DNA from: Bugula neritina
Lineage: Eukaryota > Animalia > Bryozoa
NCBI GenBank assembly: GCA_964035545.1
Contig: OZ037768.1
Coordinates: 10,076,741-10,140,740, forward strand
Direction of reading: 5' to 3'
DNA length: 64,000 nt
In this document: one piece after another, positions 14,901 through 27,000 of the stretch
How the letters are laid out: every line of letters begins with the position of its first letter
How positions within the stretch are numbered: position 1 is the first letter of the stretch
Notes under the pieces: model-generated
Database searches by the model: none
The model's input: the letters and a program-made list of their open reading frames with translations, nothing else
Told to the model about the DNA's origin: nothing
Position numbers and translations under genes: made by a program

Positions 14901-15947
14901 TGACATTCAGCATAACTGACCTGACACAAGTGACAATTTTGCGGCAAAACTCGAGGTGTTAAATAGCAAAACTTTCATTAGTTTTCAAATTGTTTTTAAT
15001 AGTAAATTTTGACATCAATAACATGTAAACAACACAACTTAACTTAACTGGTTTTGTACTTTGTAGTAGAATTTTTTTTATAATCGGGTTACAAAATAGA
15101 ACTCTAAATTTATGACATAAATTAATATGAAATTTACTGTACATTTAAAATAAAATGTGGTTGTAATTTACTTTGATCTATATCTAGTCATTGGTGTAAT
15201 AGGGCACTTGTTTGTTTATGTCTATTATCATGAGATGATTTGTTTGCGCATATAATATTTTTGAGGAGCCTGACTGTATAAAGTATTGTACTGCCTGACT
15301 GTCAAGTATTATATCAATCTTAACTTTTGCTTTATCAATAATTTGTATACACCTTTAGATATGCCAGCTGTGGTTAAAGCAATGTTTCTGGAACTACTTG
15401 GATTGGAGTGAAGTATGCTTATATGTAACCATATGTACACTGCTGGGTGTGGACTACCAGGTGTACATGTGTATAGCAATACTGAGGCATCTTCAGCAAC
15501 ATATTCTACATCACCAGCAGCAGCAAAACCTTGTCATCTTTCTCCGGGTGTGTATATTTATCTCAGTTTCTTATGTATACATTAGATATATTGCTTTAAA
15601 CTTTTTTTTTAAAAAAATGGAAGTATTATCTATCAAAATTTCAAATAGCAAAATGTGTTCAGCAGATAGTTTATTCAAATAACTACAAGTAGGGAGGAGT
15701 AGAAAAAATATTACATTAGTAATCAAAGTGTTATTTTAATTTCTGTGAAAATCGTTCAATAATTTGTAGCTCTAAGTTTACAAAATCTGATATTTTATAC
15801 AAATCTACAACCAATGTTTCATGGGGTTTGTAGGAGCAGCCAATCATAGATTTCAAGGTTAGTAAACATATGGAGTATATGAAGAGACTGGAGTCTAGAT
15901 ACAGGAGAACTGTGCTGGCCGATATGTTAAATTTCTCCAAGCCTTGA
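2938..15947 (+). CDS. TBC1D32: Protein broad-minded (BROMI / TBC1 domain family member 32), multi-exon ciliary gene
   Basis: GT-AG exons join in frame, e.g. 2938-3074 [14 protein letters not shown]...[19 protein letters not shown], 3240-3398 YELVKFVK, 5422-5632 [19 protein letters not shown]...[16 protein letters not shown], ~6234 [34 protein letters not shown], ~9712 [19 protein letters not shown], ~14139 [13 protein letters not shown], ~15359 [19 protein letters not shown], last exon 15834-15947 ...[19 protein letters not shown]. These segments are colinear with vertebrate BROMI as recalled. Internal exon boundaries were set by eye. Confidence 0.92.
10161..10285 (+). repeat. Perfect 31-bp tandem repeat x4 spanning a BROMI splice donor
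   Basis: Unit AACTCTTAAG|GTACTGCTGAAATATATTCTA starts at 10161, 10192, 10223 and 10254. Confidence 0.95.
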
Positions 15948-16852
15948 GATATTTGCCAAGTTGCTGTGGTGAATAAAGATACAATGGCTGTTTTCTTGAT
16001 ATCAGTTGCTGTACATTTTTTGTTTTTGTTTTCAATATCTCTTCTGATAAATTGATTTAACTGCTTGTTATATTTCTAATCTTTTTTAATGAAAGAATCC
16101 CTCCATTCTCTGTGATAATAGTTTTATAAAAAAAACAATCTTTATAATATATCATAAATATTGAGTAGTTGTTTATATTATTTACTGTGTTCAATATATA
16201 ATGTAACAATATTATTTCCTTTTATGCATGCATGTAACTTTTTATAATTAATACACAGTATCAAATTTTAATCCTTGTCTAAATATGATAACTTTTCTCT
16301 GAGAAAATAGTGCAGACGTGAAGTCATAAGTTGGGCCATTCAAACTAGCAAGTTTAAAAAACCTTGTTCACTGGGCATATCAAAAACTTGTAATGTGCAT
16401 TTAGATTGCATGGAGAGTAATCTTTCTTTTTAGTGCTGCAACTCTTTCTCTTTCTGTAGTTGTATCTGATAATTTATTTGTTTAAAAACTTGGAATAGAG
16501 CTAAAAGTATATAGTGCTGATAATATAGAATTGTTGCACTGATCTATTATTTTTCCTACCAAGGTGTTAAACTAAATGTGGATATAAGTAGCATTGCCAT
16601 TTGTAAGATATTTTAATAATTTTAGCTTATAATAAATTCATCTCAACATCTTCTTTTATATATATATACCGAGTGACGTGTGTTTGATTTTGCCTTCCTC
16701 TGCTATCCCTCGTGGCACAAACTGTACAGCTAAAACATGAATTTTGCTGTAAATCTGAAAGAGTATCTTTATTTATTTGTAATATTAAATAAATAAAGAT
16801 CAGGTGTAACAAAATACGCAAAATTTCGATATATTTGTTGTGTCCTACCCAG

Positions 16853-17076
16853 TGGCCCATTGTACCCCGGTACCGGGGTACAATGGGCCAATTTTTTCGT
16901 CATGAAAATTTCATTATTCTGAAAGTTGTGAAAGAGATAGAAACAACAAACTGGTACCTGTAATAGACAACAGATGGAGCATTAAGACTAGAGATTATTG
17001 AACTAGTAACTTGAAAAACAGACGAATGAGAGCAACAAATGCAAAATTCGGCCCGTTGTGCCCCCGTTACCCCTAC
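16853..17076. mobile_element. Short MITE with a 38-bp perfect palindrome at its left end
   Basis: TGGCCCATTGTACCCCGG-TA-CCGGGGTACAATGGGCCA (16853-16890) and a related inverted end GGCCCGTTGTGCCCCCGTTACCCCTA at ~17050-17075. The TA-centred junction suggests a Tc1/mariner/pogo-type element. Confidence 0.6.
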
Positions 17077-18098
17077 TGGCTTATATGTTCCATCCTGAAG
17101 TGAAATTCCTAATTCATAAACGCAGATGTGTTTTCTTTACCTAATCAACATTTTGTACACATGATGTATTACTTAATAAGTTATTGAATAGCTGCCAACT
17201 GAGACGAAACATTATAATATGCTCTGCAAAGTCTTGTCACTAATAAATATGGCAAAATATACTCTATTATTAAGCAAGTATGTAATGCACAGTATATGCT
17301 TCAGTTCACTATTGGGAGTTGCATAATAAAATTAAAAACACAGAAGCTACAGGCTGCAACACATTTACTAAAAGTTAGTCTTCCTGTAACTAATAGAAAC
17401 ACTTTGAATCATTCTAATAGACATTAGCCAAGCATTAACAAGCTTATGCTGTGCAGTTAAAATTTAAATCATAATATACCAAAGTTACATGCCTAATAAT
17501 GTAGAAATTATCTACAAAAAACATAATATCAGCTGATTCTTATCTGTTTTCATATGTTGGTTCTAAAGGTAATTCAGCTTTATGATAACTGCCATTAGTT
17601 AATAATATTCAATATCTACACTTCATTTTATGTTAGCTATGACGAAGACTTATATTTTTTAGAGTAAAATAATTTTTCAAGTTTACAAGAATAAAATTTA
17701 CAACAATAGTCATTTGAGTGCCCAAAAATATAATATAATTTATCATATTTTCCACTTGTGGCTAGCCATTGAAAAACAAAGCACAATTTTGCCGCAGTAA
17801 ATGAATACCCTCACAGCTAAACACCATAATAACTTTATATTTTCACGTATGTCTTAAACAGTTGCACATTAATGGCACAATAAAATAATTTAGCAAAATA
17901 ATTATTGGTTTTGATGCAGTAATATAAAATGCTTACTGTAAGACCTAATAACGCCAATTAAACAAAAAATGCATAAATACAAATGAGGATTTTTTAAATA
18001 AAAAATAAAACACATTTACAAACAAATCCGTAACTAGACACTGCAAGATCATGTAAAATTCAGTTAAGTTCATGAATTCTATTTATCATATCCTTGTA

Positions 18099-21000
18099 TT
18101 AAGATAGCTCAAAGCCAGTATTGTTCAATATGCTATATCGGAGTTTTTCTTTGAGTATTCGCTTTTTACTATAGTTAGGCAACTTGAGCAGATTGAAACA
18201 AGTTGAGGAAGTGGGTAGTCGCCCCGCGGGTTCATTTTTTCTGATATTGAAGAACCCTTTCAATATACTACCTATCGTATCGCCAGTGTCCTGCAGTTAT
18301 AAAATATAAGAATAGAAAATGCATTTGAATATTGCTGGTAAATGTATTGTACATATGAAGCAAGTAGCTACTTAATTAGAGTTGCCCGCCCTCACCTGAT
18401 CATCAGCAACTTCAACACATCTAATAGAAAATGGTGGATCTAACTGAGCAAATCCCAACAGAGGGGGTTTGGAGCAGGAGGTGATGAACTAAAAATAGAA
18501 AAATATATAGCAAAGTGTTGCAAAAAAAAAAAATTATGACAACACCAAGTTTGAATATTTAAAATATCTAACTTCCATAAAAATCAATAATAAGTATAAA
18601 TAATAATGCAAACCTTAAGAAATTGGCTACGCTCAGTTTCGCTAAAATCTTTCTCCAAAATATCCCACAACCATAGGATCACCCTATGGTTGTTATGAAA
18701 GCCTCCAAAATATTGAGTATGCTTTCTAAAATGTCATTACAAAATCAATAGCATACTATATAGAATTTCCAAAGTAAAACAGCAATTAAAATGAAAATTC
18801 ACCAGTTAGCAATACAAATATGTAAGCTTTACTCTATTTAACAACCACAACACATAATATACCAAACCTGAGATCTGATAGGTCAATCTCAACTGTATCT
18901 CCAGAGATCAGTTTCTGTGCTTCAGGAGTAGAGAACATCCTTAACCAATCATAGTTGACAATTGAACTGAAGCCACGAATGAAAGCCTGGGTCTGCTCTT
19001 TGATCTGAGTTCTCATTTTGAATCGAGCCATGTAGTGTACATAACTTATTCTACGACACAACAGAGTTACGGTATAATACATTAATGAGTCTCCAAAACA
19101 AATATTAACTATAATACTTTAAGGCAATGGAGACAACACAGAACACTTTAAAGAATGTATAAATTGCATATGTCATTATTGTTGAGTAATATACATTTCA
19201 AAGTTAAAATAAACAATTTAGTGCCAAAAAAGCTCAAGAACACAAATATTAAAAACATTATACTGTAATTACGCTTGAAATCACTAACTAAAATACTTGG
19301 GGCATATCAAAAGAAATAACACAAAATTCACACCTATTCTCATTAGTAACACTAATAGCTCTTCCTCCAGGTTTGAGCTCGTAATTTTTCAATTGACCCA
19401 TGAAATCCTCGTCATAGGAGAAGGTAAGATCCAAGTCTTCTATATCACCATCATAATGCTGTAGAGTGACACAACGTGATGTTCAGATGAACAAACTCTG
19501 TAAGCAGCTAAACTTAGTGTTTACCACAAACATCCGTCACACAAAACAGCACAGTGTAAATAGCTCAACATGAGCTGCTAGTAACTTTTTATATGAACTA
19601 TATGAAAAATATACACTAAAGTATGGAGTGCCAATAAGGGTATGACAGCAAATTATAGACCTATGAGAGCATTATGTGAGCATATGAGAGAGAATAATGG
19701 CGAGATACTTTATTATTTAAGCATATGAGATGCAATAATAAGCGAATTTTTGATCATTTGGCACTCCATACATATGAAATGCAAGAATAAGCGCATTTTT
19801 GACCATTTGGCACTCCATACTAAAGATATATTTCATATTTATATTTATAAATATGAAATAGATATAAAAGATATAATGTAAATATTATTTTCTAAATGAA
19901 ACTTTTCATGGAATTTTTTTATAGAGTATTGCAATATCATAGATTATCATACAAATAACATAATATGGTAGGTAAAAAAAATTCATACTAATTAAAATTG
20001 ATGCATGAAAAGTCCAAAGCACACTACACTTAAATGTTGATGAGGCACTAAATGGTAAACTAAACAATGCTCACTTAGATTTGGGTGCCTCACTTCAATT
20101 AAGGAATGCTCTATCAAAGTCATAATGATGTAATTTGATTCAATAGCTAAATAATAATTTTTTAGATGCAGACCACATTAATACCTTGTCATCAATTTAT
20201 TAACGATCACATTCAGTGTTTGTCCATCCATTAGCTTTACTATACTACGAAGAACCATTAAAATATGTTGTCAAGCCAGGGTTAACCAGAGTGAAATAAT
20301 CATATATACTGCGCTTAGGACTCGGAATATATGCTACTATATTGTGATGCTAAGAAACTATACTTGAAACTAGTCCTTCTTTACGGGATAATTGAATCAA
20401 AATCAACACAAACATGATAAAAGCTATGCTCATTCAACTTGTTTAGACAAACACAGCAGATGACTGGTGTATTATTAGTGTAGGAAGTGCTTCTTTTCTA
20501 CTTTTCTTCTACTGAGCTTCTAGCAAACACTCATGTTTTCTCACAAAGTAAATTAGACTAAGGAATTTAGGACCTTTACCTTGACATAGGAGAGGTTCTT
20601 GTAGAGTGCAGGGTCAAGGGAAGGCAACTCATCCAAATAGCTGTACATTGAATTTTTCATATTGTTGAGAACTTGTGTGAGGAAGAAGGGGGCAAATGGC
20701 ACATCGATAACTATCCCCTTTAAATATAAACTCACTATATTACGTAATAAACAAAAATAGACAATAGCATAAAAAATAAAATCTTTCATACAAAATTTTC
20801 TAATGACATATGTGAGCATATACTGCAGTAAGTGTAGTAGTGTTATAGAGGTATATGCACAGCTGTAGATTTTTCCCCAAATAGGTGACAAACCTAGCAT
20901 GAGAAGTGGTCTAACCACCCAACCAAAACTTAGAAACCCAAACTAAGCAAGAATCTCTGCACCATCATATACAGCGAGTATATCAGTTCACTATAAAATG

Positions 21001-24000
21001 CAGTATGTTTGTGTATTGTACCAATAAACTATATTAAATTACACAAGTAAGATATATATAGTGATCTACATAGGCTTTAACCAAGTGATACCTCATACAG
21101 AGCTTTTCCCAGTATCCTGCCAACAAACTCAAACAACTTCAAGTGGTTGTCCTGAAGAGAAGAAATAGGGGAAGGATACAATTTCTGTTCATCTGTCACC
21201 TGAAGTCAACGGAGTAGTATTAATAGATGGTACCATTTACCGGTGGTATCAACTACTAGTACTACTGAGTAATACTACTGAGTAATACTATTGCTGAGTA
21301 GTACTATTATTGAGCAATACCACCATGAATTAATAGCCAATTTTTACGAGTTTACTGTCTTCATCCCTGTGAGAACCCCGAATGAAAAGGGTTTTTCAGC
21401 GGGGCTAAGGACTTGTTTTCTATTATGACAATAACCAATTCCTATACTACCTACTAATACTGCTTGAATGGGCTAATAAATGGTGCTTTTACATTGTTCA
21501 ATTTGTATATTGTAGACACTAAGCTGAGAAAATTAAACTACGTTATCATAATCAACAGTGCCACTATGACTACCAACTGAATTCATAAATTGAAAATACA
21601 GATTACTAAATATTAATACATACTCTGAACAGATTCAAAGCTGGATCAAACACTCTCTTCACTGTCTCTTCCAGAAACTCCTTGAAAACTCCATCCTGAT
21701 CAATTCCTGCTTCATCTAAACCCTAAGAACAGGCAATAAGTAACATTTGATTCCACATGGCAGTTGGTATAGAACATAGACACACCATTTAGATTTAAAG
21801 TTTTATATCATTCACATTTACTAGAGGTATCTAATATCTAACTAAAAGTGCTAATTTAGGTGAATTTACCAGAACTGTTTTCAGTATTTCTATTAGCCAA
21901 AATTACTAATGAAATATCAACAGTAATTGTCTGTCTATGCTTAGTGGTTTGCTTTAAATTAGGCTCACTTCTCAAATTGTTAAGGTGCCAAGTGTGAAAT
22001 TTCTTGTAAACAGATAAATTAAAACAGCATAAGGCACGTATGCTCAAGTTTAAGTGCTTTTTTCAACCTGCAGTTGCAAGTTTTAAAGGACAACAGACAG
22101 ACTAAACAAAAAACCTAATTTTTGTAACTATAATACTTCATGTGTACTCTAAAGATTGCTGTGATGATGGTCAAACGATTAGCGTAGAGATGATATTAAT
22201 TGCAACATAAACTATTTCAACTGCTCATATGATGCTTCAAGGTTACCTTGATATAATGCTTTAGTCAATCATTAACCTATGTTTTGAAAATACTTTTAAA
22301 ACTGTGGATCAACTACTAGCCAATCAAAATGAAGGAGAAGCATTTTCTCTTACCAATTATAATCTGTAAACTAGACAAATCTAGCTTATGCTGTTTATTC
22401 TTCTACCATATGAACCAATCAGCAGATACGTTGTCAGTTACTAGTATAATTTGGTCTGCTCATATTACAATTTACAACAAACTGAACACACAACACTGCA
22501 CTGTGCCTCCTATAAGTCATATCCTGCAGCACCACATTACACACAACACAGCACCTACTACACCCTATAAGCCCTCTGTAATACAGATCAGTATAAAGAT
22601 GAAGAGTCACCTGGTAATTGACAAACTTCACTCTGACCACTCCTTTCAGAGCGTGTGCAGAAATACCAGCAAGTTGACTGTAACCATCCTGTAATATTAG
22701 TTCAACAGATACACTTCATACTCGATACGCAGAATCTACATGTGATGAGACACTAAGCAGACATCTTAGTAGGTGATGACATCATACCTCTAGCAGACGT
22801 ATTAGTACATGACATCATACCTCTAGCAGCCGTCTTCTGCTTATAGTCACATATGTGACATTAGAGATTGTGCGAGCCGCAGCTGTCAATCCAAGGGACT
22901 CCTTCTCACTCATCACCAGTTTCCGGAAAAGGATAACTCGCTGTACAAGAAGACAACACATGGTAGAATTCCACCAGACTACGTTCAGCAGGTAGATGTG
23001 TGGCACAGTTTTTGTTTAATAGTATTATCATATAATTTATATAAATGAGAAAACTATATTCAGTTTTATTAGTAACTCACATCTTTATGGGCTATTATTT
23101 GAGGCATCTTCTGTAGCAGGAACTGTGCAGTTGTGTTTCCTTTATCGATTGACGATATAAACTGAGCAGGTTTGATGTCTCTAAAGAACATATGGATAGA
23201 ACACTGCAACTAAATAACTCCCTCTCATGGTTTAATATTACCCTGCTTAGGTCATTGACTGTAGCACCATAAAAGGTCACTATAAGCAAAATAATAATTT
23301 CATCTTGTAGATCAGTACCAATTGGGGTAAGCTAATGGATAAAATACTGTAGACTTATTTTGAATACCAGTTTTAGGGTTAAAATAATTTATAAGTGAGT
23401 ACATTGCCAGCTATTATCTACCTGTGGATTCGCTAGATTTGGCTTAGGTTACTCTCTAAAACCAACTTATTTTAAAGTATTCCACTTCTAGACAAATAAG
23501 TGAAGAGCTGTAAACTAGATTCGACTTTTTACTAGCATATATTAATATTAATAGTAAAAAGTTATACTTGATAATCCAATGATTAGGAGGGGCGAAGGAG
23601 CGTCTGGAATCTCTTTCATGCAGCAGTTGTAGCAGCGAGTGAGCAGCATTGAACAGAGGGTCAGTATCTGCATGTTTCCAGTCTACAAGAGACACATGAT
23701 AACATTTGGTTACCATGGTTACTATATGCCATGGTGAGTTTAAGTTTATACTATAAGTGTAGAGAAATACTATGTAAATAAGCATTATATATTGGTGATT
23801 ATTTACAGATGAATTTTCTTAATTGCTACAATTTCTGTGCATTAAATAAGTTATGGAACTTTTACAGTTAGTTCGATACAATGAGCATTAAAATATGTTT
23901 ACAATATAGACCATGCTTAAATACTAGCTATATTGGTGGGGCCATACTATAATGCACATTATGTGATTGCCCAAATTTGATAACAGACTAGATGGACAAT

Positions 24001-27000
24001 GCAGAGTGCAGTAATACAAACCAATAACATCGTAGTAAATTATCTTGAAAACCAATTGGTTTAACATGTCTGACAGGCCAATCAAATCATCTAAAGAAAA
24101 TGGCTTCTGATCTTCATACATCTCAACATCGTCCAGAATCCTATAATGCAGCAGCATTATTATAAACTACTGTAACCATCATATTCACTGCAATATCCAG
24201 TCAAAATTCAGTTTAACTTCAGTAAACAAAAAAACTTGCTTAAGAAAATTGGTGTGATGCTTCATTCACAACATTTGCTTCAACATTATTATATTATTAT
24301 TATTATATTATTGTATTAATTACGGTTACGGTACTCAAGTGAAACTCAACTTGACTCGGTCTATAGTCTATGCTATCTCTACACGAATCAAAGTTGTTGC
24401 GAAGACATGACTACATAGCCAATCATGCATTGGCTTTCATGATTAAAAAAAAGCTGAGATTAGCTACACAGTTATGGTTTTGCAACAGCTTCGATACCTG
24501 GAAAGTCAGTGATGGTAACAAAAGTAACCTTAGATAAATGATTCCACTGTGATCACATACTAAACAATGCTTACATGAACAACATCACTGCCGCATCACA
24601 GAAAAGAGCAAGAACAGAGGTGAGAGAATTAGTGTAGGACTCAAAAGATTCCGACATTTGATTGGTCAATGCATCTAAAATAACCTTGACCCTACCACTA
24701 GAACTTCCCAAATGACTAATCAATATCCAGAGCTGTTTCAACAAAGTTGGGTGAAATGCCAAACCTACAAAAACGTATGAAAGTAATGAAAATACTTTAT
24801 TTTCAACTTTTATGTGGATGTATTCTTAAATCATCGTCAGACTATGATCATACTAGTAATATGTTTACACACATAACAAGTCCAACACTAAGTTCTGTTC
24901 AACACACTGTCACTATGTTAGTGATAGCACATAATCAACACACTTGGTGAAGGAAACTGCCAAATTGATCTCAGTATACAAAATATATCAACATAAACAA
25001 TACAGACATATTTACAGAATTTTGCAATATTATACGGTCACGGAAAATATATATGTTATACCAGAGAGTATTTCAGCCTGAATATGAATCAGAACACTTT
25101 TGGCGGACAAGTACATGCTACAGGCTGTACATGTACTCAATATAATGCTACTGTCTAACTTCAACACCGCACTCTTCTTATCACCTTTCTTCTTCTTCTG
25201 ACCTGCATTGGACGATGAAGTTATACAGGTGTGTCACAGTACATGGGTGTGAAGACATGCAAATAGAGATGCTTACATACTCAGATATTAATCAATTAAC
25301 ACCAAACATAACTAATTGAGACATTAATAACTGTAAACTGAGTTGCAGTTGAATCATTTTCTTAAAATGGAACGGTTTATTACTTTTCTGACTCATATTA
25401 ACATATACCTTACATGTAAATGCCAATTCATAGTAAATATCCATATTTACAGTTTTGAAGAGAATTGCTGAAACATATCTCAAGATATCAACATAATTCA
25501 ACACATAATAGAGAAATTCTGTTTAAACTACGAGTGTGTTTAAAACCAAACAGAGAGTTTTTGCCTGCTGACAAATATTACCTGCTGACGAATATTACCT
25601 GCTGACTTTCTAGCCTCTCCTTCCGAGAGAGACATGGAGAACTCATTGAGCTCACAGAACAGAATAGAAATAGTTTTCGGATCCCAGAGAAGTTGAAGCT
25701 GCTTCGTTATGAAGGGAATAGCTTCACTGTAAGCAGATTGTATAGCATGATAATAGCATGTAGAATACATCCCAGGTATATATTACATAGCATGATAATA
25801 GCATTTATAATACATGAGAGGTATATATTGTATAGCGCAACAGTAGCATGTAAGAGATATCCAGTGTACAGATTGTATGACACGATAATAGCATGGAGAA
25901 TACATCAAATGTACATGTTGTGCAAGAATTCGAGAGTCACTAAAACTTGAGTTATAGCATACAGCAACTGAACATATAGCAAAGAGCCACACAACTAACT
26001 TATGATCCAATGGTTGGTTCGACCAGCCCAGAATAGGATGCCAGTGTGACTTGGAAGTCTTTGATCTGCCTGCCATAAACTGACCACACAGTTGCAGTAG
26101 CTTGTTCATGACATTCTACATAAAATATAGGCTATGTGAAACATCTGCTATGTGAAACATCTGCTATGTGAAACATCGCTATGTGAAACATCGCTATGTG
26201 AAACATTGGCTATGTGAAATATAACGATATTTGTATAGGCATATAAATATTCTACAATGTACGTATCAACATAAGTATAACATAAAATAGTCAACACTGA
26301 CTAGAAAACATTATGAAGCAGCTTTTATTGAGACAAAAAAGGGAACAGCCGTGGTCTAGGGGTTGGAGCGTTTGCCTAGTAAACACGAAGTCACGGGTTC
26401 GATCAGGACAAAGGCGATTGGTGATGTTAGGGAGAGCATCCAGTCATAATTACTCCTGCGCCCTATATGATTCAACAAAAACCCCTTCTATCAGGGGTCT
26501 TCTTACAGGGATGGTGACTATAAACTTGCGTGAGTAAGGTTTTTTTATTCAAACAAAAAAGAAAGCTTGACACTTGTACTTACATTAAACTGAACTAGAT
26601 TATCAACAACTCCTTCCTTTTCAGCCAAGCCCAACTGAAGCAGATTAGCTAAAAGAATTCACAATACTTTGAGATTCCAAATAAAAACTAGCTGTATCCT
26701 ATTGCTGCTTTTTCATGATTATAAAGTATAATAAAAAATCATTATATAACAAATAATATTGAAATTTGGGTCATACACCATAAAGGGTGGCAGGTATTAA
26801 CTAACCTAATAAACTGAGAGTACGGTTGCCCTCTAAAGTTACTGCGATGGCTTGAATTGCATTGTGGGAAGAGAGGAAACTCAAGCACCGAGTAAAGATT
26901 CTTTCAGAAAGGAATTTTATGTACATTTCATTACATAACGTTTCCATATGATACACAAGTGACGGCACAGATAACACATGCAGGAGCAACTCTCTAACAA

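Noticed and set aside
23422-23455. Extra UBE3B exon with AG/GT borders
   Set aside because: It is 34 nt and frameshifting, and the neighbouring exons join in frame without it.
10161-26220. CRISPR-like arrays at the short tandem repeats (10161, 26131)
   Set aside because: No unique spacers, eukaryotic intronic context and no cas genes.
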